From Pavona decussata (taxonomy: Eukaryota), in contig CDRNST010000195.1 of NCBI GenBank assembly GCA_977016875.1, forward strand, positions 3,410,001-3,474,000: 64,000 bases of DNA, read 5' to 3'. Below are positions 48,312 through 61,759 of this stretch, piece after piece (positions within the stretch are counted from its first letter, which is position 1; every line of letters begins with the position of its first letter). The notes under the pieces are model-generated. The model searched no databases and was not told where the DNA came from. It worked only from the letters and a program-made list of their open reading frames with translations. Both the position numbers and the translations under genes were made by a program.

Positions 48312-50161
48312 AATTGTCATCCTTGTAGTTCCCTACGTATTGTCTTGTTGGACATTTTTTATTTTAAGTTTCATTGTAAATCCTGCTGTGCGGATGTGCT
48401 AGACATCTTCATTGGAAAGTTTAATGGTCCATGACAATGTCAGTTCGTCACCATTCCATGGTGTCAATTGACTTCATTGTGGTTTTTTGATGAACACACT
48501 CCTTACTGATGCAAATTGGAAATTTCTGTTAACTGGTTGGTCTCTATCTATCTATTTCCAAAGAGCTGTTGCCTCAATGCAAAGCTCACCATTGGAAATT
48601 GCTTTAAAGCATGACGGATAATGTGCATCCTTCCCTGATGGTTTTTGCTTTAAATGCCACGTAGGCCATGGTTTGCTTCTAATCAATTTTCCGCGATACT
48701 TTTTCGGGAGACTGTTGGTGCTTTAACAAAATAGACGACACTTCAGCCTCAGTAAGAGCTATTTCCTGTAGTATCTATCCTGTCATCCTGATGCAAACTC
48801 AGTACATTTGTAAATACCCATATGATGTGCTTACAAACTTGTCTGGGCTTGTTTGTCTTATATGGACATATGCAAGATAAGGACTTGAAAATTTTTACAC
48901 AATACATACTACCCGAACTGCTTTTAACTTCCATGGTGATATCAAACTGAAAGTGCCTCACCTAAACTCTCTTTAAAATTATTGCTCCCTGTGCTTCGAA
49001 AGCGGGCAACTCTGGAGTTCCCAATTTTCTTTGAGCGCTTACCAATAGGCTCCTCATCCAAAGATGTCCCTGAATCGACTATCCTTTGTCTTTGTTTTTT
49101 TTTTGTCCAACCTGTGGGACTTTCGGGGAACAACACTGTAACTTTTTATTGCTTCATCCCTTGTTTCTATCTGATCTAGAAGCGAATCACTCAAACTGTC
49201 TTGTTCCAAAAGTGAGGAAGCTCCCAGTTCTGCCCTTGCAGGTTGATGCTGTTTCTCTCTCGTATTGAGATCTGCTGCTGTTGGTCGCCAACAGTTGGTA
49301 TTTACTGAAGCTGCCTTTCATACTCTAGTTTTAATAGAAAACTGGAAGCAACATCCAGGAGTACTGCATCAACCAATGCCATCATGTTGCCTCCAACGTT
49401 TACAGTCACTGCATTGATGGTTTCTCCTTTTGACGTACCAGGTGCGTTAAAACGTGGTCTGTAACAAGATGCACTATTGGACAGACCAAGGGTTAACATC
49501 ACCACAAAGAGATACAAACAACCAGGTTTGACAAAGAAATGTTAAAAAAAAATAGTGATTACGTAAATAATGGCAAAAATATTATGTGAGCTCACTTTGT
49601 CCTTTAACTTAATTTACATTTAACGTAGTGCTTGAAGGCATGTCGAGGACCTGCAAGAGCTTTTATTTACTGGTTTGTTTTTCTCGGCCTGAAAACTTTC
49701 ACCTCTTAATGAGAACAAGAAAAAATAATATGGCATTTATAAAGGCTACACATCATTTACTTACCATATCTCACCCATTAGATGTACGCTGGTTTTAAGA
49801 TGCTTAGCGGAATTTTGTGTGCCCTCCTTGTGCTTACGTCAACCTCTTCCCCCTTTCCTTTTTTCTTAAGGTCTGCCAATGGAGTGTCAACATTGGTGGC
49901 AAGGGAAACTGGCACAGCCACAATAAGGACTTCAGCGCTGAGGAGGTTAAAGAAGTCTTTCGACAAAGTATACGCCTTCTCTCCACTTTCTTCCCCGTGG
50001 GTGTATCCACGTGTGGACCTAAAAAGGATGACATTTTAGCAATCAGCTGTGAATGAAAAGGGGGAGACAGAGGTTAATGGGAATCCAAGAATAACGGTCG
50101 TGAGAACTTGAAAGAAAAATGAGAGAAGGTAGGCTGCAAACTGGGAATCACAAGGTGATGA
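48312..50161 (-). mobile_element. Spliced MULE-like element remnant, copy B (catalytic-E region, SWIM finger, PARP-zf-like tail)
   Basis: RPRFNAPGTSKGETINA...MALVDAV..DVA; ARFRSTGSNNF; SWIM SCICPY...VCKHIIWVF; homology blocks shared with copy A. Confidence 0.6.
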
Positions 50162-51619
50162 CAATACCATGGGAACAGATGGGAGTCACTGAAAACGATG
50201 CAGCAAAAGGTATGGATAGTTGGGATTTCAGAGTACCCAGTGGTGGACTAAACCCCTCATCATCACCCGTCTGCGAAAGGGTATGCTATGGACGGAAAAG
50301 TTATAAATATCCATATGAAATGTCAGGCCAGTTTTGAGTTAAGTGACACATCCCAAATTACTTATTAAGAGCTCCCCCAGTGCCCCTACAGCCCTCCCCT
50401 AATTGTCACCACCTTCCTAAGGTTTGGTACAGGATGTACTTGTAAGAGATAGCTGAGTATCTAGTGGAGGGAATGTGGCATTGAAAGTCTATTTATGTGA
50501 TGATTATTTTGTGGACCAAAAGAGATTTCACTGGATCAGATTATGCCTCCTGACATTAATACAAAAATGTAATATATACCTTTCCAGCCTGGTTTTTTAT
50601 CTTGTCAAACACAGCCATTTGGAACCTGGCCATGCCTAGTAGGGCAGGTTGGAATGTTGATGGCTGAACATCTGCCAGCACACGCATTACACTACATTTT
50701 CTTTTAACTGTTGCCTGAAACTGGTAATAGAATAGATTAAATAGTAGTGTTATATGACTGTGTGGGTTGGTGGCTTGAGTCCATGCTTAAGTTGGTACTT
50801 TTTTCAATCGACAAAATATCTTTAGATACATAATGGTTATCTCTCTTTCATCCCACAGATGTTAACAATTTTAATAATAATAACACTAAAACATTCATTT
50901 GAAAAAAAATTCCCTTTATATAAAGGGGCAAGTCACTTCGTTGCTTTTTAGGGGTGAAATGTAAATTTTTACACTATTCATGAGAGGTTGTTGAATTCAG
51001 TGTCCTCAGAAAAAAATATGCCTTGATCAAACTGTTACAAAATCACCAAAAAATAATATGTCATCAGGGCCCAGTTTTTCGAAGCCTGATGAAGCTAATC
51101 CTGGATTAACGTGAACTTTGATTAGAGTTTAATAACTAATCAATAAAGATTCTTCCAAAAGAGTTTGGCCCTCAGTTTTGACATAGACTTTTCTTTACCT
51201 TCAGCTATCAGTAAGTGTTGTAGAAAAAAACGCGTTTTTAGTCAGTGGTTTGCACTGTGATGGTTGATTGACAAAAGGTTACTTTTGTTTCTCGTCCAAC
51301 GAAAGATGTCCAAAAGAATCCGCCAGGAGAACTGAGTTTTTTTGCAAACGCTTTTTCTCAAAAACGAAGAGCAAACCAACGAAAAAAAATACAGGGCAAT
51401 GTTTGTTGACTAAAACGAAGCCCACATGCAAAAATTGAGACAAATCCGAAAAAAAAAAAAAACAGCCCAGCATTCGACATAAGGCGGTTATGCATCCAGC
51501 CCTTCAATTGAATGAATAGTGGAGTAAAATGCATCAATCTTTGGACCGGTTCGACACGAGGACAGCCGGTTTTTTTTCTCTCTCTCTTCTCCTTGAAACC
51601 AAAACATCCGTTAAAAAAC

Positions 51620-51830
51620 GACCGTGTATCGGTCGAGCATCAGCTGATATATCAACGGATGAGTGTGTCGACCGATACGGTTTTAGTCTCGTTGACAATC
51701 GGCCGATACCTTATTGATACTTTACCGATAGTCTTCCGATACCTTACCGCTACTCGGTAGATACTCGGCCGACCAAGTGTTAGTCGAGTCTCAGTCGATA
51801 TGTCGGTCGTTAATTGCCCAACACTCCACT
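51620..51830. repeat. Degenerate CCGATA/GTCGA short-repeat tract (MITE subterminal-type)
   Basis: Repeated CGACCGATA/TACCGATA/GTCGA motifs. Confidence 0.5.
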
Positions 51831-53280
51831 GATGCTGTGTTGATATCTTACTTTTAAGCATCGATATAAAAAAGTTTTATCAAGTTTTATAGTCGGGGGA
51901 ACTTGAGGCTTGCTAGAACAAATTATTATTGTTATGATTATCATTATTACTTTATTGGCCATTATATGACAGTCGGACTATAGCAGGCAGGTTCTGTGTA
52001 GATGTGTCGCCGGGAAGAGTTTTCAAGTAAAAGACAAGACAAGTATAACATTGAAATCTTCATTATGTAAATAGACTATTTGTCCTTCTTCCAAGAAGTA
52101 CAACTAGTCTTATTTTTCCAGATAATCATTTTCAATTACAAGGAAACCAAAACGTAAAGTATATCTACCTTCACAAATTTGTAACAAAATTATCCTAGTG
52201 TAAATGATAAACATATTCTAGCTGAATTCAACATCACATTTTCACGTCACGGACGGTCAGTCTCTTCCGAAGTTTGTTTCCCCATATTACGTTTGTCTTA
52301 ATTTTCCTTACTCTTAAACGTTTATTTTCAGTTTATTATTTTTAATATTATTATAGTACTTATTATCCAGTGTTTTCTACTTTAAAAAAAAACGTAAAAT
52401 TATTTCTTGTAGGTTCTTCTTCAGTTTAACAGAAAACTACAGGAAAATTACTCAAAATATCGTGATATGGCTGCTTTAAATTTAGTCTACCGACATTGAT
52501 CTATAGTCTGGAATGATGGCTTTTGAGATCTCTCAAAATCAAAGGTAGTCCAGGCGTAATGTCAGACTTTTTTTAAAAAAAAATATGGCAATTTCGGACT
52601 GCCGTTCGACTTAACTAGAAACAATTAAATCATTAATTAAAGGTAATTCGAGCGATTTTTGTTCATTTACCCTAACAGCCATTAAATGGTAAGAGCCAAG
52701 GACTAGAATTTCCAGTTCACCTTCAAGACTCTTTTTCGAACACGGCTTGAAAGAAAATAATACCATGAACTCTCCAGTCCGAATTTTCCATTCAAACTCT
52801 TATGCTATAACGGTGATTTTTTTGAGATTATTATATCCAACAATGCCGACTTCTACTCTAAAGGACAATGTAATGAGAATGAGGCTTATTTTAAGATGGA
52901 CAGCAACAGTTTCCAGCTTTTTTTTTCTGTACAAAGGCTTTTTTGATTCAGTGGATCAATACTATCACCCCCTTTCAGTAGATGCTACAATATAATTCAA
53001 TAATAAAGCACATCCCTGCTCGTTTTAGAGCTATAATATTTTATATCTAAAACTGAGGGTGTTTTTATCAGGTTGTATTGTTGCTATGGAAACCTTTCAA
53101 AGTCAAGCAAATGACAATTACATGTTAACCAAAAATTAGGCGTTTGTTTGATTTCACTATTATAGCATCAACTGAAAAAAAATGGTAGTATTTACCCCTT
53201 AAAAAGTGCTAAAAAATTATCAAAACCGTTGTGAGCCACCTTACAGGCGCTCGGGAAATTACAGTCCTATCCGTAATTAA

Positions 53281-53624
53281 TTATTTATCGGCATAGAAAT
53301 CGGCTAGCTGAAAGAAAAGTAGAAGTTTCCTTTCGTCCTTGTACCTTTTTAATACCGCGCCGTACTCAGCTAAGGCAGCCAGACAGCGCGGCTCAATACC
53401 CCTTACGGATGGCCTTCCTTGACTCCCTCTCGCCATTGCAGTCACATTGTTAAACTTATCCTTGTTGAGTATTTTCAACTCGCAAAACCCAATGAAGTTG
53501 CGGAGGGTGTTCCTGGCCACACCGTAGATCTTCATGGCTTGGGCTAATGAGCACTTTCTCTCATTCATCACCTCTAGCACACCTTCATAACGGGTATGGA
53601 TCACTTTTAAATCCAGGCCAGTCA
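53281..53624 (-). pseudogene. CCDC106-like helix-turn-helix exon
   Basis: VIHTRYEGVLEVM...SLAQAMKIYGVARNTLRNFIGFCELKI...ERKLLLF, with an AG acceptor at ~53625. Confidence 0.55.
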
Positions 53625-53954
53625 CTATAAGGTATTACATAAAGTATCAATTATACTGTGAATAAAAAAAAAAAAACCTCTGTTCAGTGGTTTTCCTTTC
53701 TTCTAATACCATACATGAAGGGCCGTAAGTTATTAGAAGTAACTTTTTATGTTAAAAACTGGTTGATGGTAACCTTCAAAGGTCAAATTGTTTAAAAAAG
53801 AACATTTTTCGCTCAAGTTAGCAAGTAGAAGTCTCTAAATCAAATTTCTATATAGGGTTCAGTTTTCAATTGTTTTTCAGTCGTCTACTGAAAAATGCAA
53901 AAGAATTTAATCAGATTTCACATTGACTCCTGCCCAGACGAAACATTTGTTGTT

Positions 53955-54194
53955 CTAGACCATTCGACACTTTTCGTTGATGGCCCTCTTTATCTCCGAC
54001 AACATGTGATTTTCATCCTCGGGAAGTCTTCTTTCAACCTCTTTGTGAACTGCAGCCAGTCTGTTGGGGTCTAGTCGGGAGAGCTTTTCACCCTTTTCCT
54101 TGACACTGCCATCTTTAGCCTCGTCTCTTCCAAAGACCAGTTCAAATAATTTCAGAGCAAATCGTTTAAGGAAACTTGCTTCAATTGACACCAA
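53955..54194 (-). pseudogene. BEN-domain coding remnant
   Basis: RFALKLFELVFGRDE...SV...RLDPNRLAAV...EIKRAINEKCR matches the BEN consensus; the upstream part is frameshifted. Confidence 0.7.
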
Positions 54195-56239
54195 TCTTGC
54201 TTTTGGGACATTAACGCCTCGGCCTGGTCGCTGTTAGGACAAAATAAGCCTGTGTTAACCCAGAGGAAGGGGCGGAAATCGTCTGCAAGGCCTCGACATT
54301 GTTCATAGGGCAAATAATGCATCTTCCCACCCATCAAATACCATCTAACATATCTGGAACGGGCTGCAGGGTGTGTGACTGGAACAAGGCCGAGTCATCA
54401 AAGATGGTTGTAGTGTACTTGTCTTTCCATGTCATCTTTATCATGGATCCAGTTTCGCTGATAAGGAATTGGTAATCTTCAGCATAGTCGCCCTGGAAAT
54501 TATCACTCAAATCCCAAAGAACACACAGTTCCTTGCTGATTGCATTAGATTTGGACTTGTATTGGAGTGAACATTCGAGCTTTCATTGTTTTGTCAATGC
54601 CAGAAAAGTGTGCATGTTTTCTTCATCGTCAAAATGAAGTCTCCATTCTTGACCCCTCTGACGGACAGTAATGGCTGATCCCAAATCTTCCATGACTGAA
54701 AACTCCACTAACTTCCTCTGCCATCTGTTTCATTGCCTGTCTGTGCTCCACCGTTTCAGTAGCTGATGTGACTCTAGTGAAGGGTCCATGTTTTGCCAGC
54801 TATTTTTCTTCCACTGTGTGCACACGTTCAACTGGGTTGCGCTTACTGTGGTACTCAGCAAATGACACCTGTGTAATCTTTTCTAGGCCCAGATATCTTC
54901 TAAGGCGCACAAGAGACATCTGTACCAAAGGACGTTGAGGCATGTCCACACCGTTGTTGACAACAAACACAATTTTTTTTTAGTTTTCCAGTTTTTGGAT
55001 TATGGAAATATGAATCCAATTGCAGCAGTGTCATCAAGTACAGAAGCTTATTGATTGCTTGGAATACTGTGTTGTTTTCTTAATATGATAAATATGATAA
55101 CCTGAGAACGGTTGTCGCCTTTCCAGTTCTCTTTTGATGCATCAGAGTTTCTTGTCTTCCGGAAGCCCCGCTAAAGAAATCAACATTGTTTTCGTATCTA
55201 CTGGATCAAGACTTGTGATGACTTTCTTCAAGAAAAGGTGACTCATTGGCGTTTTTTCTTGACTGGTCGTGTGTATGGTGTTCATATTCGCAGCGTCTCC
55301 ATGTTTTCCTGTTGTGCCTATTGTTTCGGTGTACAACTTTCTTTGTATCATACGAGTCAACAAAGGTTTCACATGGATTTTCAGCTGCTTCATCAAGAAT
55401 GGCGTTTACATTAGTGGAATTCCAGTGTAAGTTGGGGACTGACTGCTTTATGGGAGCTGTATCTGGTGCTTTATGAAGTGATACACATGCGTTTATGTGT
55501 TTGAAAGAAGTGATACGTAGTTGAAGATGGTTATTTTCTTGTTGCAAGGTTGAGATGGAGTTTTCAGCTTCTGATGCAGTAGATGAAGTAGAGGTAGATT
55601 TGTTTCTAGAGTTGATGGATGATTTTTTGTTTTTGAATATGGAGGTATAAAGTTTTGCTTGTAGATTGTGAATGAGGGCTTGGTTTCTTTCTTTGATAGA
55701 ATAAAGCTTGTGGATGTTGAAGAGTTTCCTTTTTTGATTAAGCGTAAGAACTGGAGTTCTGAGGACTTTCTAAGTCCACTGTCACCTGCTTGAAGTTTTT
55801 TGGAAGGAGCATTTGGCTTGTTTGTCTTACGTTTGAGTTTTTTTTTTTTTTGGCGGTATTTAGCCTTCCGACTCCTGTTTCATTGCATTTTCTTGGAGTC
55901 AGAGGCTTGATCAGGCATAGTCATATTTTCTAAAATAAAAACAGAGAAGGATGTGGAGGAATGAATATCATGATAATTTTGTTTGTGAAAAAAGATTAGA
56001 ATTTGTTATCCAGACTAACATTAATACTGAAAAGGAATATCAAGGTCTAACTGAAAATGGACTGATAACAGGATATAAAATGGGCTGAGTGAAAATGGAC
56101 AAAGTCTAACAGAAAATGGGCTAATAACAGGATGCAAAATGGCCTAAGTGGGAATGGACAAAGGATGAGATAGCCCTCTAAAGCAAACTCTGTATTAAAG
56201 TAACATGTATTAGTATAGAAATTATGGAAAACAACAAAT

Positions 56240-56890
56240 TAACCTGTGGTGATGGAAAGGTATGGACACCTGTACTAGTGAATTCCTCAGCAACTGTTTT
56301 GATTTTGGCAATCGTCTGGTTTGTCTCAATAGCGCTTATGACGCCCTGTAAATATTGTTCTGTAGGCTTGAATCTAGGATTGTCAGGTAAACTTTTCCGT
56401 ATTTTTTTCTTATATGTCTTTACTGGTCTACGCCTGGGAGTGCAGGAGTGATTCCCATACTTTTGTTGTTTGAGATTTGTGTTTAATTTCAATAATTTTT
56501 AGGGCATTGCACTTAACTTTATGTATGGAAGACACAGTGCAGGCAACGATTATCCTTCATTTTGTCCGCAGGATATCTCCTTGCTGATGTTCCTGGAAGA
56601 ATTCCCAGCTTTTATTTTGGCATATCCACATACCTTCCCAATTGGTCATGGAACGCATGTCTGTGACAATTGTTTTATTGGACATCCTGTAGCGCTGCCA
56701 ATTCCGTCCATCGGTGGCTGTTACCTTCATTGTATTCAAAGAATCGTAAGGCAAGACATACATTTTAGTACCGTTAATGTCATAAGGCAATTCGTTGACA
56801 TGCTGTTTTTCTATTCCTTCCCATACAGTGTCCAAAACATACAATCTGTTGCCAACACAGTTAACTGGATCCTCCTCCACACTGCTATCA
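56240..56890 (-). mobile_element. MULE-like transposase N-terminal (GCM/WRKY-like) fragment
   Basis: VNELPYDINGTKMY...DGRNW...EGMWICQN...; YGNHSCTP...NPRFKPTE. Frameshifted. Confidence 0.5.
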
Positions 56891-57510
56891 CTGTGAAATA
56901 AACACAGCAAATGAAACCCGTTGAACAATGTTGCAGAACTCTCCATCAGTGACAGTACCTAATGTATAAAAGGAATATTGGATCAAGTTTGTACTATCTA
57001 CTAAGTCCATAGTCCATGCTGGTTTTTGGACATAAAATTCAAGCTAAAAACTGAGTTTCACAAAATCTGTCCCCGATTTTTAAATCTGAGCTCAATCCCT
57101 GAATTGGTTTGATATAATCCTACATCATTTCCCATCCAAACAAAGATTCAAGGAGTTTTCGTTATTTTCAGGGTCAGCACGAAGCTCTCGGAACGTCGTC
57201 CCTGATTGGTCGACCACCAGCTGACGGCAAACGCTTCTGTTACGCTGCTTCTTTTCAAATTGAATTTAGTGCGACAATATTGACTTCGCTCAACTTTGAG
57301 TACTCATTTATCATACCTTACAAGATTGGAATGACACTGACAATCAGTCCTGAAGTGTCAATCAACAGAAAACTGAAATATGACGGTTTGCGTTGTCCCA
57401 CTGTAAGAATTAAATATCGCGATGTTATTCATCTTGTTCCGATGCTCTTGTTCTTCTTCTTATGTGAATGTAAATACAACAAATAAAAATTCTTAACATT
57501 TATACTGTGG

Positions 57511-57581
57511 CTCGCATGACTCGCGTGACTCGCATGGCTCGCACGGCTCGCATGGCTCACACCTTGGCTCGCATGGCTCGC
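57511..57581. repeat. 9-bp tandem repeat (CTCGCATGG)
   Basis: About 7 degenerate units. Confidence 0.85.
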
Positions 57582-57611
57582 TGACTTGCAGATTTTTATC
57601 ACTCTTATTTT

Positions 57612-57766
57612 ACATTCAACTTTTCATTTAATATTCAATTCTTCATTCAACATTCAACTATTCATTTAACATTCAACTATTCATTCAACATTCAATTCTT
57701 CATTCAACATTCAACTATTCATTCAACATTCAATTCTTCATTCAACATTTAACTATTCATTCAACT
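57612..57766. repeat. ATTCAAC-based minisatellite (~19-bp higher-order unit)
   Basis: Repeating ATTCAACTATTCATTCAAC / ATTCAATTCTTCATTCAAC. Confidence 0.85.
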
Positions 57767-58299
57767 TTGTTGAGCCCTCACTATTTCTGGTCAGTGATGC
57801 ATAGCATTGCTTGGGTATGTACTTTAAGTAAAGTTATTAGTGTATCATAATTGTATGAGAATAATTGTCACCAGCCATGTACACCTCTTTTTAGCAATCT
57901 ATAGCCATGTGTTTTTACCCGAAGATTATGGCAAGAGGATTATTTCGCAGTTTATCATCTGGCATAAGTACTCCGGACCATCAAGGCATCTATCTTGAGC
58001 ATAGTTAATTGAAGGCAATGGTTATGAAACCTGACAAACTTCTTTGTTATATGTTTTTGTTTGCCATTTTGGCCTTGACCCTGCACAAACAACAATAGAA
58101 TTTGGAATGTGTTGGAGCAACTGACGAATCGAAATGTTTTAGTTAAGATATTCAACTGTGGTGTGAACGTTGAAACAAAGGATTGTGCAGGGTCGGGGCC
58201 CTTCCAACATAAACTGCAGCACCATTGTTTTCACGGCAAAGTTTCATAACCAGTCCCTCAAGTAACTATGTCTTGAGTAACGCCCCCTGTTAGATTAAA

Positions 58300-58447
58300 G
58301 CCATGTATCGCATTTAAAGATGTACGTCACCATGTATTGCCACGTAAACCATGTATCACTATGTATTCCCATGTAAAGGGAATTATTACCATGTATTTCC
58401 ATGTAAAACCATGTGTTGCCATGTAAAGCCACGTATTACCACGTATA
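58300..58447. repeat. Degenerate 10-bp repeat (CCATGTAWWN)
   Basis: About 14 CCATGTA/CCACGTA units. Confidence 0.75.
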
Positions 58448-58470
58448 AAGGGGTTTGTTTAATCTCTAGA

Positions 58471-58711
58471 AATGGGCCATTTTACAGTTGTGTACTTAGT
58501 TACCTGGTCTTGGATTGGAAGCGAGGCTGGGGTGACCTTGTTGTTATACAGACCTCACTGCTTTTCATATGTAAATGAAAACTAGTTAGCATAAGAACAG
58601 CATGGTCTAAATCTGAAATGCAGTGAGGTTTCTATCGAAACAAGGTCACCCCCAGCCTCGCTTAGAATCCAAGACCAGGTCACTTAGCACACAACTGTAA
58701 AATGGGCTATT
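58471..58711. mobile_element. Palindromic MITE (PIF/Harbinger-like)
   Basis: Long imperfect arms AATGGGCCATTTTACAGTTGTG ... CACAACTGTAAAATGGGCTATT. Confidence 0.8.
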
Positions 58712-59159
58712 GTGGTGCTGCGTCAGTTGGGTAGTGAAACACGAAAATTTGGTTTAATGTACTTTAAGGTTGCTGTATACCTTCAGAAGTGTCTTGGGTT
58801 GTGGATAAAACCTGGGCCCAGGCCCATGGGCTACCCTATGGGCCACCCTCCCAACGATGACTGGATTAATTATTAATTATTATTATTAATTATCAATTGC
58901 TAATTATTAATGAGGGTGAACCTGAACCAGGAAACGACAATGTAAAAATACTGTCATCAAGGGAATATTCAAATTAGTTGCACGGTGTTTACGAAAAACA
59001 AGCATGTGATTGCAAATATTTGCTTACATTTGAGCTTCCATCTTAGAATAATGTACGTTAAAATATATCCTCTTACAAATTACCATTAATGCTTTAACTT
59101 CACCAGCACGAAACAAACATAACAACGTAACATTTTATTCAGGAGGCTACAACACAATA

Positions 59160-59850
59160 CAAAAAAAACATCCTGAAAAGGGAAATCGTGAGGTTAACCC
59201 TGTACAAAACAATTTCCCTAACTAAAAACTTGCAAATTACTTTAAAATTTTTAGAACTAGATAAAATTCGATGGCTACTGATTCAATAAATATTCAAATA
59301 AATTTTAAGTCTACTCTTAAAAACAGATAATGATTCGGCATGTACAACATATCCTGGCAAGTCATTCCATTTCCTTACAATGCGAATAAAGAAAGAATAT
59401 TTGTAGCAATTACAAACCGCTCTTCTCAAATAAAGTTTATAGTCGTGGTTAGCTCTTGTACGAGTACTTTTGGCAAACTCAAAGAAATCTGGGAAAGAGA
59501 GGTGATCAATGCCAAAAACTATCTTATAACATTGAACCAGAGATAGAAATTCTCTTCGCTTCTCTAGTGTTTGCCATTTCAGTAAGCTACAACGATGTTC
59601 ATAACTCATTTTGCCACGTTTCTGCCTTAAAGCAAGTCGCGAAGCTCTTCTTTGAACCTTTTCCAGCGCCACAATATCTTTAATCAAGTACGGGCTCCAA
59701 ACAGGAGCCGCATACTCAAGTATGGGCCGGACCAATGACTTGTAGAGCTGCGAAAACTCATCCCGGTTATTTGTTCCAATGGACCGCTTTATGATACCCA
59801 ATACTATATTTGCCTTATTCACCGTTGCAAACACATGCTTGCCCCAGGAC
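59160..59850 (-). mobile_element. CR1-type LINE 3' fragment (ORF2 C-terminus)
   Basis: LSWGKHV...LYKSLVRPILEYAAPVWSPY...LEKVQRRA...YSFFIRIVRKWNDLP...FKSRL. Confidence 0.9.
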
Positions 59851-60378
59851 AAGTAATGTAAGTATATTTTTGTGAGTTTTACCGAAACTGGCGCCGTCAC
59901 GCAGCGTATCAACAATCAAGTCGTAATTTATACAGGGGACCTCTTCATTGACGTGGACTTTGACACCATGACATATCAATCTGGGGTTGTTGATGGAAAA
60001 TGTTGATTATGTAAGATATCTTTATAGCCTTACCTCCATCCTAGCATCAGCACTGCATTGATTAGAACTCACTCATAATAATTGATTACTACTAGTTAAC
60101 AGAATTAAAGGACAGCATGACTTTGACTTCCAAAAAAAAGCGAGTGAGCAGCAGAAGGCAAACCTATAAAGAATAATAAAGGACTTTGACTTTTAGACCC
60201 GATTACTAGCCGCTAGCCACTGTTTGAGGAAGGCACCCTTCCCCCTAAAAGCGGTGTTAGAAGAGCCTATTTAGAACCAATGAACTTATCAGAATTTTTT
60301 TTCACTGGCGAGCACGTTCTTTTTGTTCCCTATATTATTCCTTCCCCCATTTGCTGAGACTTTAAAAACAACACTTTT

Positions 60379-60546
60379 TAGGGGCGTAGGTAGGATTTTT
60401 TAAAGGGGGGTGTCGCACTGTGTCAAAGTTAGGGTAGTCACCAGATTGTCATGTCATTTTCGCCACCTGTTGTGGGTTGTTTGCTTAAATAAGCTTACAA
60501 AAGGGAGGTCACGGGCACCCAAAGGACCCCCCTTGGTACACCCCTG
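60379..60546. mobile_element. hAT-type MITE
   Basis: Termini (T)AGGGGCGTAG ... GGTACACCCCTG; no clear TSD. Confidence 0.55.
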
Positions 60547-60929
60547 CTTTTAATGACGTGGCTATGTTGTTCATGTGTAAACGCCAACCGGTACGTGGGC
60601 CACCCTTCCAAAGATGACTGGATTAATTATGGCGGCCGTAAAGTAACAGAAACATCTGTCATCGAAATTAATACACCGACACATTGAAATTAATACTTGT
60701 TCTAGAGCAAGAACTGTTTAGTTAGCAAAAACTTGTTTTGACCTACTGGAGAGCCTTATCGGGCCACTATTTTTAATGTCACGTAAAACATAAACTTGAA
60801 AATTCAAACGTGATCTACTACATAATGAGGAACCCTGTCGGGCTTAAACATTACAAAACGTTAAGTTATTAGAGAATCTTACTTCTGATGAAACTAAAAC
60901 TTCAGAGGGATTAATATAAAACACTGATG

Positions 60930-61390
60930 ACAAATGGGTCGAAATGTAACTGTCATGCAAAACCAAAGGGGACTAAAATGTGACCTGTACATGTCAAGCA
61001 ATACTGGTTACGTGATGACTAAAAGATGATCCATTATGCCACATAATACTGCTAAAGAAATGACCTGTAACTGTCACGCAAATCCAAACGTGAGTAAAAT
61101 GTGACATGTAATGGTCAAAAGATGACAAAAAACCTATAACTGTCACGCAATGCTGTTGAAGTAATAACCAAAGATGACTAAGAGATTACCTATTAGTGTC
61201 ACGAAATAGTGTTTGAGTAATGACCAAAGGGGTAGAAATGACCTGTCTTGCACTGTTTAAGTAATGGTCAAAGATGATTGAAAGGTGACTTACAACTGTC
61301 ATGCAATACTGTTTAAGTAATGACCATTGGGGTCTAAAAATTGATCTCAAACTGTCACCCAAAACTGTTTAACTGTTAAACTGTCATAAA
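60930..61390. repeat. Degenerate ~60-bp tandem repeat
   Basis: Recurring TGACCTGTAACTGTCACGCAATACTGTTTAAGTAATGACCAAAG variants. Confidence 0.7.
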
Positions 61391-61759
61391 GTAAACATGG
61401 CTGTGAAAGGTGTCCTTCAGCTGATAAGTAGACTTAAGTTCGTGTCACAGCCTGATTAGTACCAGGTCCTATCCAACCGGAAGTGAAATTTCAGGTTCTG
61501 GAAACATAAGTCTACTTTATTTTCAAACCGAAGAAATAAGGTAAATACCCTATGAAGTAGGCTATCAAGTTGGCTCAACCGGAAGTGAAAAATTTTCCTG
61601 AAGGCTGAAAAACAATGAAAAGACGACGATATTTTTAGATTTCCATGTCACGATATCATGCTGATTACATAAAGCAAATAATATCTGTTACACAACTAAT
61701 ATAACCTTTCCTTGAAAATAGAAATTTCATCACTTGAAACTGTGCTGGGAATCTGCAGG

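Noticed and set aside
61399-61590. Terminal hairpin/TIR of the YqaJ (ISL2EU) element
   Set aside because: Short inverted repeats and two AACCGGAAGTG motifs are present, but there is no partner end in the window and a different transposase fragment intervenes.
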